Of a stretch of DNA of 64,000 bases, positions 40,453 to 49,562 are shown one piece after another. The stretch is taken from NCBI GenBank assembly GCA_965223325.1, contig CBDCWI010000002.1, forward strand, positions 4,352,001-4,416,000. Direction: 5' to 3'. A model generated the notes under the pieces. That model saw nothing but the letters and a program-made list of their open reading frames with translations. It searched no databases and had not been told where the DNA came from. Made by a program: the position numbers and the translations under genes. The DNA is from Candidatus Multivoradales bacterium. Its GTDB lineage: Bacteria > Acidobacteriota > Thermoanaerobaculia > Multivoradales > Multivoraceae. Numbering within the stretch: position 1 is the first letter of the stretch; every line of letters starts with the position of its first letter.

Positions 40453-41684
40453 ACGACCCGGGCCAGCCGCGGTCGTTGGTCTTCTTTGTCCTGCTCCTGG
40501 CCGTTACCCACGCGGGTTGCGGGGACTCTGCCAGCGAGGACGCACCGTTCGAAGCGGCCTGCCCAGAAGACTTCGATGCTGCCGAGTGGTTGGCTGCCAC
40601 GCCCGAGCTCGATTTCGCCACCAACCTGAGCTTCGAAGAACTCCCGTTCGGCAACCTGGTCACCGTAGGAGAACCGTGGCCGGGGGCGAGCGAAGCGCAG
40701 CGCTATCTGCTGCTGGTGTGTGGCAGCGACCCCGCCGACGCCGCGGCCTGGAAGGACGAAAGCGGCATCGAAGTCGACGCGACCGTCGAGGTGCCGGTGA
40801 GCCGGGTCGTGACCACTTCGACGCCACAGCTGGCGCACTTCGACGCTCTCGACGGTATCGAGCAGCTCGTCGGGCATGGCGAGCTCGACTGGATTTATAG
40901 TCCGCGCATTCGTCGCGCCGCCGAGGCCGGCGCGCTTCTCGAGGTTGGAGACAACGCGATGCTCGATCTCGAGCAGCTCGTGGGTCTAGCCCCAGACGTC
41001 TTCTTGGCCTACGACGCAGGTGAGCCACGTTTCCTGGCTGGCGACCGTTTGACTCGAGCCGGCATCAACGTCGTCTACTACGCCGACTACCTCGAGGAGA
41101 CGCCGCTGGGGCAGGCCGAGTGGTTGCGCCTGACGGCTCGCCTACTCGGGCGGGGCGAGGCAGCCGATGCTCTGATCAACAAGGTGGCGAAGGAGTATCG
41201 GCAACTAGAAGACCGCATCGAGGCGCTGCGCCGTCAACCGGGCTTTCGAGAACCTACGGTTCTTCTCGGTGCGCCCTGGCAGGGAACCTGGTGGGTGGCA
41301 GGCGGCGACAGCTTCATGGCGCAGCTGATTCGCGACGCGGGCGGCGAGTATGTCTTCAATGATCGCCGCTCGCGTACGGGAGTGCCGATGACCCTCGAGA
41401 GGGTCTTCGTTCGCGCTCACGACGCAGACGTCTGGCTCAACCCTTCCGACCACCGCTCGCTGGCCGCCCTGGCGCAAGCCGATCCTCGGTTTCAGAACCT
41501 GGCTGCGTTCAAGAGGGCTCTTGTGTGGAACAACGACCGCCGGCGAAACGATCTTGGTGGCAACGACTTCTGGGAGTCCGGGGCGATCAGGCCCGACCGG
41601 GTCCTCAGCGACCTGGCCGCGATTCTTCATCCGGGACTCGAAGCAAGGGAGAGCCTCGTCTACTTCCGCAAGCTCGACCCCTGA
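40449..41684 (+). CDS. Iron/cobalamin-type ABC substrate-binding lipoprotein
   Basis: Motifs VPVSRVV, YLEETPLGQAEW, NDFWESG and RPDRVLSDL. Confidence 0.88.
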   Translation: MNDPGQPRSLVFFVLLLAVTHAGCGDSASEDAPFEAACPEDFDAAEWLAATPELDFATNLSFEELPFGNLVTVGEPWPGASEAQRYLLLVCGSDPADAAAWKDESGIEVDATVEVPVSRVVTTSTPQLAHFDALDGIEQLVGHGELDWIYSPRIRRAAEAGALLEVGDNAMLDLEQLVGLAPDVFLAYDAGEPRFLAGDRLTRAGINVVYYADYLEETPLGQAEWLRLTARLLGRGEAADALINKVAKEYRQLEDRIEALRRQPGFREPTVLLGAPWQGTWWVAGGDSFMAQLIRDAGGEYVFNDRRSRTGVPMTLERVFVRAHDADVWLNPSDHRSLAALAQADPRFQNLAAFKRALVWNNDRRRNDLGGNDFWESGAIRPDRVLSDLAAILHPGLEARESLVYFRKLDP

Positions 41685-41746
41685 GGTCTCGTTGGTTTCC
41701 GACCGTTACGTCTTAGGGGCTATCCGTCCCTGCTATCGTTCGCCGC

Positions 41747-42346
41747 ATGCCTTTGACCGTCGTCGTCGTGTCTGCCTTTGCCGTCCTGCTGGCGGTCGCG
41801 GCGTACAACTTCATGCGCCCCGAGCCCGATCTGATCGGTTCGCGCATCGACGATCGTGTGCTTGGCCCGATGACCTATCTCGAGCGCGGCCAATGGGTCG
41901 GCGAGAAAAAGCTCAGCGGTCACCCGGTCCATGTCATAGCGCTGGCCAACGCCGACGGCATGCGTGACGGGCACCGAGAGGCCTGGGAGCGTCTCGATCG
42001 CGGCTACTCGAAGCTCAAGAGCGACATCGCCACGAAGGCGATGTCGGCCTACCGCAAGGCACGCAAGAACGAGAGCGACCTTGCCCGAGTGGAGAAGCCC
42101 AGCGCGCTCTGGAAGAAGATCTCGCTGGTAGAGGTTCATCTGCGCTCGCGCCCGGGCAACTACGGGCTGGTCTACACCATCGATGAGCTCTACGAGCAAG
42201 CGGGCGACGAGAATGCAGGGGACTCAGGTCGCCCCACGTCGACGGAGCGCCCGGGGTGGTCGGCGTTCATGGTGCCGGTGCAGGACTGGAAAGTCGCCGA
42301 ACCGGTTGCCTGGCTGTTCGAACCGCCCGAGAACGCCGCGAGCTGA
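41747..42346 (+). CDS. Hypothetical protein with an N-terminal membrane anchor
   Basis: 199-aa ORF co-oriented with its neighbours; hydrophobic N-terminus. Confidence 0.65.
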   Translation: MPLTVVVVSAFAVLLAVAAYNFMRPEPDLIGSRIDDRVLGPMTYLERGQWVGEKKLSGHPVHVIALANADGMRDGHREAWERLDRGYSKLKSDIATKAMSAYRKARKNESDLARVEKPSALWKKISLVEVHLRSRPGNYGLVYTIDELYEQAGDENAGDSGRPTSTERPGWSAFMVPVQDWKVAEPVAWLFEPPENAAS

Positions 42347-42359
42347 GGCCAGAGGCGTC

Positions 42360-43628
42360 GTGGAGCCCACTCTCAACGTCTACGGATGGGTCGTGCTGGT
42401 ATCCCTCTTGGGTTTCTGGGCACTCGGCCTGGTGATGCGGTGGCTCGATCGCCGCAACTTCGCACGCCAGCGTCCGCCGGGTCTCGAACGTGTCTATGAC
42501 GAGGAGCAGTACGCGCGTGCCCGTTCCTACACCGGCGTTCGGTCTCGCTTTGGCGCGCTGGTGGCGACCTTCGACCTCATCGTGCTCTTGGCCTTCTGGG
42601 GCCTCGGAGGTTTCGGTTGGTTGGACGAAACCGTGCGTTCGCTTGCCGACCGCTGGTTCGGGGGCCACCCCATCGCCATCGGCCTGGGGTTCGTGGGAGC
42701 GCTCGGCGTTGGGCAGGCACTGCTCGCGTTGCCGTTTCAGGTCTGGTCGACCTTCGTCATCGAGGAGCGCTTCGGCTTCAACCGAACGACCCTACGCACC
42801 TTCGTTGTTGACCTCATCAAGGGTGCTCTTGTCGGTGTCGTGCTCGGCACGCCGCTCCTCGCGGCTGTACTCGCTTTCTTCCACTACGGAGGCCCGCAGG
42901 CCTGGCTCTGGGCCTGGCTCTTCGTGACCGTTTTCGTGGTGGCGGTTCAGTACGTCGTCCCGACCTGGATCATGCCGCTGTTTAACAAGTTCGAGCCTCT
43001 CGAAGATGGCGAGCTCCGTGAGCGTCTTACCGAGTACGCCGAGGAGGTCGAGTTCCCGTTGCAGGAGGTCTTTGTCATTGATGGCTCGCGGCGATCGAAC
43101 AAGGCCAACGCGTTCTTTACCGGTTTTGGCAAGCGCAAGCGCATCGCTCTTTTCGACACCCTCGTCGAAAGCCACACAGTGCCCGAGCTGCTCGCGGTGT
43201 TGGCTCACGAGGTTGGTCACTACAAGAAGAAGCATCTCGTGATCGGCATGGCGCTTTCGATTGTGCAGACGGGCTTCATGTTGTGGCTCTTCGGCACCGC
43301 CATCCGCCAGGAGGGTCTCTTTCGTGCCTTCGGCGTCGGCCAGCCTTCCGTGTGGGCAGGCATGGTGTTCTTCGGCCTCTTGATGGCACCCCTCGGCCTG
43401 GTCCTCGGCCCCCTGGCCAGCTACATCTCGCGTCGCCACGAATTCCAGGCCGATCGCTGGGCCGTCGAAACCACCGGCCACGCCAAAGAACTCGTCTCAG
43501 CCCTCCTCAAACTCTCCACCGACAACCTCGCCCACCCAACCCCCCACCCCCTCCGCGTCGCGATGGAGTACTCGCACCCGCCGTTGTTGGTGCGGATAGG
43601 AGCGATCGAGGAGTTGGAGCCGTCGTAG
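42360..43628 (+). CDS. M48 family (Ste24-like) membrane metallopeptidase
   Basis: Motifs FVIEERFGFN, NAFFTGFG, HEVGH, EFQAD and YSHPP. Confidence 0.95.
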   Translation: MEPTLNVYGWVVLVSLLGFWALGLVMRWLDRRNFARQRPPGLERVYDEEQYARARSYTGVRSRFGALVATFDLIVLLAFWGLGGFGWLDETVRSLADRWFGGHPIAIGLGFVGALGVGQALLALPFQVWSTFVIEERFGFNRTTLRTFVVDLIKGALVGVVLGTPLLAAVLAFFHYGGPQAWLWAWLFVTVFVVAVQYVVPTWIMPLFNKFEPLEDGELRERLTEYAEEVEFPLQEVFVIDGSRRSNKANAFFTGFGKRKRIALFDTLVESHTVPELLAVLAHEVGHYKKKHLVIGMALSIVQTGFMLWLFGTAIRQEGLFRAFGVGQPSVWAGMVFFGLLMAPLGLVLGPLASYISRRHEFQADRWAVETTGHAKELVSALLKLSTDNLAHPTPHPLRVAMEYSHPPLLVRIGAIEELEPS

Positions 43629-43987
43629 CGCTCTGCTTCGTCAACGGACTCTCGGGTGCGAGTACGAAGGCGCCGTAGGCGCCTATCAGGAGAGTTCGGC
43701 GGCGAGAGGACGTGCTACATGCACGTCCGTAGCCGCCTCGCACCCGCCGTTGTTGGTGCGGTTGCGGGCGATCGAGGAGCTGGGGTCGTCGTAGCTCTTG
43801 GCTTCGTGAACGGACTCTCGGGTGCGAGTACGAAGGCGCCGTAGGCGCCTATCAGGAGAGTTCGGCGGCGAGAGGACGTGCTACATGCACGTCCGTAGCC
43901 GCCTCGCACCCGCCGTTGTTGGTGCGGTTGCGGGCGATCGAGGAGTTGGAGCCGTCGTAGCTCTTGGCTTCGTCAACGGACTCTCGG
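43571..43987. repeat. 166-bp tandem array (2.5 units at 43571, 43737, 43903) containing the M48 gene 3' end
   Basis: Direct comparison; hairpins TAGGCGCCTA and GGACGTGC-TACAT-GCACGTCC. Confidence 0.93.
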
Positions 43988-43995
43988 ATCCCATG

Positions 43996-44430
43996 CTAGG
44001 CGCGCACTGAACGTTTGACATACACGATCTCCGGGTCGCCCGGGTCAAGATTGTGAATGATCCCTGATCGTTCGTAGCCCAGTTTCTCCAGGACGTGCTG
44101 CATGTGCGCGTTGGACTGGTTGGTCGATGTGAAGAAGTCGTTGGATCGAGACCGACCTTCGAGGAACGCAATCAAGGCTGGACCGTATCCCTGTGAGCGC
44201 TGAGATTCCGCCACATAGATCAGTTCGAGGAACGATCGACCAAAGAACTCGTGGGAGATGATTCCGTACCCGACAACGCGGAAGGAAACCTCGAGGATCC
44301 ACATTCGGTGCCCGTCGATGGCATCTCTTATGAAATCCCTTCGGCCAGCTTCGATGCGTGCGATGTGGTCGACGTCGAGCAAGGCCAGCAAGTCCTTGCC
44401 AACCGCTTGCCGAATGACAGGGCCTGACAT
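43996..44430 (-). CDS. GNAT acetyltransferase (gene cassette 5)
   Basis: Motifs YVAESQRSQGYG and STNQSN..MQ..LEKLGY. Confidence 0.9.
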   Translation of the reverse strand: MSGPVIRQAVGKDLLALLDVDHIARIEAGRRDFIRDAIDGHRMWILEVSFRVVGYGIISHEFFGRSFLELIYVAESQRSQGYGPALIAFLEGRSRSNDFFTSTNQSNAHMQHVLEKLGYERSGIIHNLDPGDPEIVYVKRSVRA

Positions 44431-44436
44431 GCGAGC

Positions 44437-44514
44437 GCCTAGAGGAACCGTGCCTCACCGGCGGCAACCGCCGTGAGCACAGGCTGACGTCCGCGTGAAT
44501 ACACCTTGTTAGCC
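44437..44514 (-). other. Degenerate attC site
   Basis: R'' GGCTAAC, paired L arms with bulges, R' mutated to TCTAGGC. Confidence 0.6.
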
Positions 44515-44674
44515 GGCCGAGCCGGAACGGCTTGTAGCGGTCTTGGTTTAGTGGACAGTTGTTTGTGATGACGGCGATTCTGCCTCGTCGCCTTGGGAAT
44601 CGGATCGCGAGGTTGCCCTGTGTTGGGCTTCTCGCGGGTGTTGCATGGTGCAGGTACCGCCATCGTGGCGCTCC

Positions 44675-45580
44675 TCAGGCGGCCTTTGAGAGCTTCCACT
44701 CTGAACGGATCTGAGCGGGCGTCAGGTAGCCGTGCTTCTCGACCAGCCAGTTCTGGTTGTACTTCGCCTTGAAGTCGAGCAACGCGAGACGCAGGTCTTC
44801 GACGGTGTCGAATCTCTTCACCCAGAGCAGCTGCTCCTTCAGGGTTCGGATGAAGCGCTCGGCGACACCGTTGCCTTCCGGAGCCCGCACGAAGCTCGGC
44901 GACGAGCAGATGCCCAGAAAGTCGATCTCCTGCTGGAAGTCTCGGCTGGCGTACGCGCTGCCCCAGTCGTGGCGCAGGCCCAGGCCCAGCGCGACGCCCT
45001 GATCGGGCTCGCCGAAGTGCTCACGAACGCCCTGGCGCACAGGCTCGAGAGCCTCGAAGCGATTCCCCGACCTCGAGGCGTGGATCCCGATGCACTCGCT
45101 GGTGCAGTGATCCACGGCGACGAAGATCCAGGCCAGGCCTTCCTCTCTCGTCCAGGTCATCGTTGCGTCGGTGCCCCACATCAGATCGGGCTCTGGCATC
45201 GTGATCGTCCCGTCGTGGACCCGAGGGCCACGCTCGCGACCCACGCGAGTAGGTGCAAGAAGCGAGTTCTCGCGCATCAGGCGTAGCACTCGCTCTCGAC
45301 CCACGTGGACGTCGCGTGCCCTCAGGCGAGCCCTCACCTTGCGATGCCCTTCGCCACGCAAGCCGGTCTCCTGCTCGAGCTCGCGCACGACCTCTTGGAT
45401 CATGGCCACCAGCTCCTGATCCGAGACCGCCGTCTTCGGGCCGGTCTTGCGCTTCTCGATCCCGCAAGACTCGCGGCGCTTGCGCGCGGCGTAGAAGCCA
45501 GACCGGGCAACCTCCCAGAGACGACAGACCCGTGATATGCCGTAGCGGATTCCTGTGGAGGGAGAGGGTGCGGCACTCAC
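44675..45580 (-). CDS. IS3 family transposase OrfB (DDE)
   Basis: WGTDAT, HDWGSAY, NGVAERFIRTLKE; the GTG start overlaps the orfA stop (GTGA). Confidence 0.92.
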   Translation of the reverse strand: MSAAPSPSTGIRYGISRVCRLWEVARSGFYAARKRRESCGIEKRKTGPKTAVSDQELVAMIQEVVRELEQETGLRGEGHRKVRARLRARDVHVGRERVLRLMRENSLLAPTRVGRERGPRVHDGTITMPEPDLMWGTDATMTWTREEGLAWIFVAVDHCTSECIGIHASRSGNRFEALEPVRQGVREHFGEPDQGVALGLGLRHDWGSAYASRDFQQEIDFLGICSSPSFVRAPEGNGVAERFIRTLKEQLLWVKRFDTVEDLRLALLDFKAKYNQNWLVEKHGYLTPAQIRSEWKLSKAA

Positions 45581-45924
45581 TTCCTCGACCTCCATCCAAG
45601 AAAAGGCTTCTCGCCCTCCAAGCGATGGATCTTCTCGAACAGAAGCTCCTGATCCATCGTCAGTTCACCGATCTTCGCCTGCAGCCGCCGCTTGTCCTCG
45701 ACAAGAGACTCGACCACCGGATCCTCGGTACGGGCTTTCAAGCCCTCCTCACCTGCGCTCAGGAAGGACTCGCGCCACTCGCTCAGACGAGCCACCGTCA
45801 GGCCGGTCTCGCGCGACACCTCGTCAAGCGACTCGCCGCGAAGAAGACGCAGGACCACAGAGGCCTTGCGCTTTGCGGACCAACGGCCCTTCGTCTTCGG
45901 AGCTCTTCGTTTCGTCTTCGACAT
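45577..45924 (-). CDS. IS3 family OrfA (HTH)
   Basis: RWSAKRKASVVLRLLRGESLDEVSRE and LQAKIGELTM. Confidence 0.9.
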   Translation of the reverse strand: MSKTKRRAPKTKGRWSAKRKASVVLRLLRGESLDEVSRETGLTVARLSEWRESFLSAGEEGLKARTEDPVVESLVEDKRRLQAKIGELTMDQELLFEKIHRLEGEKPFLGWRSRK

Positions 45925-45986
45925 TCGACACCTCCAACCCGAACTTAGCTCGGGTCATGTGTCCAACGAAAACCCAGGCCGACAGA

Positions 45987-46434
45987 GGCTCTCGCTGCCA
46001 AACAGCAGGCCAAAGGCCACACCCGATAGTAGATAGGGCAAGACGCCAAGGATGAATGCAGTGGGCACACGCTGCCAGAACTCTATGTAGCCCATAACGT
46101 TCTTTGGGTCGTCGCCGTCACGGGCCATCAAGATCCCTATGGCCATCGAGATCAAGGAAAAGAGAAGGCCGAGGAGGACTGAGCGATCCCAGCGAAGCGG
46201 ACGCTGGAAGACCAATCGACAAAGAACACCCAACAGAACGAGGCAAGCAAACACGGGAATCGCCAGGTAGACCGCGATGCCAACCAGAAGTGCCAATCGT
46301 CCCAAGGAGGGGAGCGCACCACCGCCAGCGATCGCGCCACCTACTCCGACCAAGGTGAAGGCAGCGACGAAAGACAGCGTCGCCGCGATTGAGGATCGCC
46401 AGATCTTGGCTCGCGACGGTTGTGGAGTATTCAT
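45987..46434 (-). pseudogene. Membrane protein of cassette 4, interrupted near its C-terminus by IS3
   Basis: Four TM segments from MNTPQPSR; removing the IS restores ...ESRSGSAG* with the TAA inside the attC R'' box. Confidence 0.7.
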
Positions 46435-46449
46435 TACGCACGACTCCAA

Positions 46450-46549
46450 CGAGGAAGGCCTGCCCGAGCCCTTCTGCCTTGTCTTCGTAGTACTCCGAAG
46501 CGTCGGCGAGCTCGCGGTCGGCAAGCGGATCAACCCTTACGTTCTTCAA
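46450..46549 (-). pseudogene. RelE/ParE-type toxin, N-terminal fragment only
   Basis: MKNVRVDPLADRELADASEYYEDKAEGLGQAFL overlaps the antitoxin stop; similarity is lost after about 33 aa. Confidence 0.7.
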
Positions 46550-46781
46550 GCCTGCGGCGAAGATCGGCGAGGACCTTCTCGGCCGGGATCAGCTCGACTT
46601 CGCCGGCATCGATCTGCCTGATTCGCTCGCGAATCTCGGCGGCCCAGAGCCGTTCGATCTCTTCGGCGTCGATGCCGTGATCGTCCTCGAGGCTACGGAT
46701 CAACAGGGCTGCCAGCTCTGCGCGGAGGCGGGGCTCCAGCTCAAGTGCTGCTCTCTCGACATCGGGAGGTGCGACGGCCAT
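46530..46781 (-). CDS. Addiction module antitoxin (TIGR02574/Unstab_antitox-like)
   Basis: ALELEPRLRAELAALLIRSLE...WAAEIRERI...GEVELIPAE; TACAAT 7 nt before the ATG. Confidence 0.88.
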   Translation of the reverse strand: MAVAPPDVERAALELEPRLRAELAALLIRSLEDDHGIDAEEIERLWAAEIRERIRQIDAGEVELIPAEKVLADLRRRLEERKG

Positions 46782-46971
46782 GCCCCGTATTGTAACGCGT
46801 CGCCCGCGCTGGCTAACGGACGAAGCTCACTCGCCGGAACCCGGAGGCCGCGAAGCGGCTGAGGGTTCCGGTCGATGTGCAGCTGTTTGAAGATCATTGA
46901 GGTCCCCTGGCGAGCTACCCACGCGGTAGCTTGCGAGCGGTAAAACAGAAACTCTTTTCAAGGAGACCTCG

Positions 46972-48016
46972 ATGCGATTCTACAGCCGCCGCCACCGGCA
47001 CACCTGCGGTGTCGATCTACACGCCCGCAAGATGTACCTCTGCGTCCTCGACGGGAACTGCGAGAAGATCTACCACCGAAACATCCCCGCTCGGCCCGAC
47101 GCCTTCCTCGAGGCCATCGAACCCTTCCGAGACGATCTGGTCGTGGGTGTCGAGTGCATGTTCTCCTGGTACTGGCTCGCCGACCTCTGCGCCGAGGAGG
47201 GAATCGAATTCGTGCTTGGCCACGCCCTCTACATGAGCGCGATCCACGGCACCAAGGCCAAGAACGACAAGGTCGATTCCTACAAGCTCGCCGCCCTCCT
47301 ACGAGGCGGGACCTTTCCAATGGCCTACACCTATCCCAAGAAGATGAGAGCCGCGAGAGATCTCCTGCGCAGGCGCCAGTACTTCACACGCAAGCGCGCC
47401 GAGCTCTTCGTCCACATCCGCACCTCGAACACTCAGTACAACTGCGACGCCACCCTCGGCAGGATCGCCCGACCGTCGGACCACACGGATCTCCTCCATC
47501 ACTTCGATGATCCGTCAGCGAAGAAAAGTATCGACGCCAACCAGCGACTCATCGCTGCCTTCGACGAGGTCATCTCCGATGTCGAGAAGCACCTCCTCGA
47601 TCTGGCCAAGGACCACGAGCCCACCGTGCTCTCTCGCCTCACGTCGATCCCCGGCGTCGGTCCCATCCTCGGCATGACGATGCTGTACGAGATCGAAGAC
47701 ATCTCGCGATTTCCGACCGGTGCAGCACTTTGCTTCCTATGCCCGGCTGATCCGCCCACAGCACGAGTCCGCAGGCAAGCGAACCGGAAGCGGCCGCCAC
47801 AAGATCGGCAACCACCATCTCAAGTGGGCCTTCTCCGAAGCCGCCGTGCTCTTCGCCCAGCGCCAGGCTCACGGCAAGAAGCTCCTCGAGCGTCTCAAGC
47901 GCAAGCACGGCAAGACCAAGGCCTACGCTGTTCTGCGTCACAAACTCGGCCGTGCCGTTTACTTCATGCTCAAGAACAACGAAGCCTTCCACCTCCCGAC
48001 CTTCATGAACGCCTGA
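46972..48016 (+). pseudogene. IS110 transposase with a frameshift near 47719
   Basis: GVDLH, VGVEC, KNDKVD and SIPGVG in one frame; VQHFASYARL...ESAGK...KLGRAVY in another. Confidence 0.85.
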
Positions 48017-48476
48017 CTCCGAGTCGGAAGCCTCGAGCCCTCCGCATAACTGGAACCACACGGCCCGATCTCATCCTTGGCGCTTCATTGGAGTCCCGGC
48101 TCCTGGTGCTTCGACACCCAACGCGCCCTGAGACCAACTGAGCCGGCAACCCGCGTGGTTGAATCGACGGGGCTTCCACTCACCTTCCAGCATTCGGTCG
48201 ATCTCGACCTCTGCCCCTCACCCGAGCCAGGCAACCAACTCCGGCGCGCTCCCGGGCGTGACCAGCACGGTTTGAATCGGACGGTACGAGGGCACCGATG
48301 TGTTTCTGGTCCGCTGGCCTAGGCCAGCAGTCGTCGCGATAGCGAGGACAGAGGCCCAATAGGTGTTTGGTGCAGAGGCTTCGCCTCGCACCCACTCTGA
48401 AACCAAAGTCAGAATTCGAGACTGATCGAAAACCGCCACGGACCTCGTCCGCTAGGAGACGTTTGCCTCTTGACGT
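48017..48476 (+). ncRNA. Putative seek/bridge RNA region of the IS1111 element
   Basis: 460-nt noncoding region downstream of the transposase; ATAGGTG (48359-48365) equals the element right end plus core. Confidence 0.55.
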
Positions 48477-48494
48477 CAGGGGACCTCATAGGTG

Positions 48495-49010
48495 TTAGGC
48501 GGTGTTCGGCGATGAGGCGACAGCATGGGTGACATCGCGTAACCGCCGCAGAAGCATGACTCCTAGGACTCCAACAACTGGCGAGGTTAGGAGGCCAGGG
48601 AAGTAGCCCTCAGTGAGAATCGACAACGCTGGGTGAGCGACGCCGTTCACGGCACACCCGATACCCAGGAACCATAGTGGAAACAAGGAGGCGCGACTGT
48701 GCGCGGCCAGACCCCAAGCGCTGATGCCCCAGATAGTGAGCCACGCGACATTGAACGACACGAAGAACTGAAGCGGCATAGGTGGAAGGCCGAACAGAGC
48801 CGGAAGCCGCTCGTGAAGGCCCGCTGAGAGCTCTTCGACGAAGTGTCCCGCCTGAAAGAGAATGGCGACCAGCACGGTCTGAACCGCACCCCGGATGTGC
48901 GTCCTGCTCTCATCGGCCCATCCTCGGGTGAGGGTTAGGTATAGAGCGATCACACCGGCGGCACCGAGAACCACCGCGCTTGGTACCATGCTGCGGAACT
49001 CGTCATTCAT
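48495..49010 (-). CDS. HXXEE-domain membrane protein (cassette 3)
   Basis: HFVEE, NGVAH and YFPGLLTS; the stop codon lies in R'' GCCTAAC. Confidence 0.82.
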   Translation of the reverse strand: MNDEFRSMVPSAVVLGAAGVIALYLTLTRGWADESRTHIRGAVQTVLVAILFQAGHFVEELSAGLHERLPALFGLPPMPLQFFVSFNVAWLTIWGISAWGLAAHSRASLFPLWFLGIGCAVNGVAHPALSILTEGYFPGLLTSPVVGVLGVMLLRRLRDVTHAVASSPNTA

Positions 49011-49461
49011 CTGAGTCAGTCTCGTGTCCGCCTAACGGACGAAGGTGAGCTGCGGGAACCCCGAGCGAGCAAAGCGAGCGCGGGTTCACGTCAGCTCGAC
49101 CTTTTCGTTGGGCTGCGCCCGTCTCGCTCCCAGAAGCGCCACCATGGTGGCGCGCAGGACGCCACTCTCGACCGAGTTCGGAGAGTCGCGGATGGTCTGG
49201 GAAGTGGGTCATGACGACCTGCGCCCATCGATCGAATTCATCCCGACGCATTCGGTACATCGGATGTGGCTGCTGGAAGAACGAGGGCGGAGACTTCTGC
49301 AGAACCCTAAAGCCCGGACCGTTCTTTCCGCATGCTGGGCAAGAGTAGGCCCGGACATCGTAAGGCTCGAACACACCGTCGATTCCGCGATAGTCGTGGT
49401 CAATCTCCCAGTGGGACGCACCGCAAGTACACTCTAGCTCGACGAGCAACGCAGGAGTCAT
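49003..49461 (-). CDS. Hypothetical Zn-ribbon-like protein (cassette 2); the ORF reads through the attC
   Basis: GAGGAGG RBS; CxC...CPAC. Confidence 0.65.
   Translation of the reverse strand: MTPALLVELECTCGASHWEIDHDYRGIDGVFEPYDVRAYSCPACGKNGPGFRVLQKSPPSFFQQPHPMYRMRRDEFDRWAQVVMTHFPDHPRLSELGREWRPARHHGGASGSETGAAQRKGRADVNPRSLCSLGVPAAHLRPLGGHETDSDE
49030..49113 (-). other. attC site
   Basis: GCCCAAC...AGGT(C)GAGCTG(A)CGTGAACCC...GGGTTCCCGCAGCTCACCT...GTTAGGC. Confidence 0.92.
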
Positions 49462-49479
49462 GGTCCCTCCTCGTAGTCG

Positions 49480-49562
49480 GCCCAACGGACGAGGGTGAGC
49501 TGCGTGAACCCGAGCGAGCGAAGCGAGCGCGGGTTCACGTCTGCTCGACCCAGTTGTTGGGG
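49480..49562 (-). other. attC site
   Basis: CCCCAAC...GGGT(C)GAGCAG(A)CGTGAACCC...GGGTTCACGCAGCTCACCC...GTTGGGC; near-identical to the attC at 49030. Confidence 0.92.

Larger units (their letters stand above)
44533..45986 (-). mobile_element. IS3 family insertion sequence
   Basis: Imperfect IRs ending GGACA at both ends; 4-bp TSD GGCT (44529-44532, 45987-45990); orfA and orfB present. Confidence 0.88.
46890..48492 (+). mobile_element. IS110 family (IS1111 subgroup) element targeting attC
   Basis: Subterminal IR TGAGGTCCCCTG (46898-46909 / 48477-48488) with 7-bp and 3-bp overhangs; TG core on both sides; long 3' noncoding region. Confidence 0.9.
46811..48500 (-). other. attC site interrupted by an IS1111-type element
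   Basis: Rejoined site GCCTAACAAACAGCTGCACATCGACCGGAACCC...GGGTTCCGGCGAGTGAGCTTCGTCCGTTAGCC has the same spacing as the intact attCs. Confidence 0.85.
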
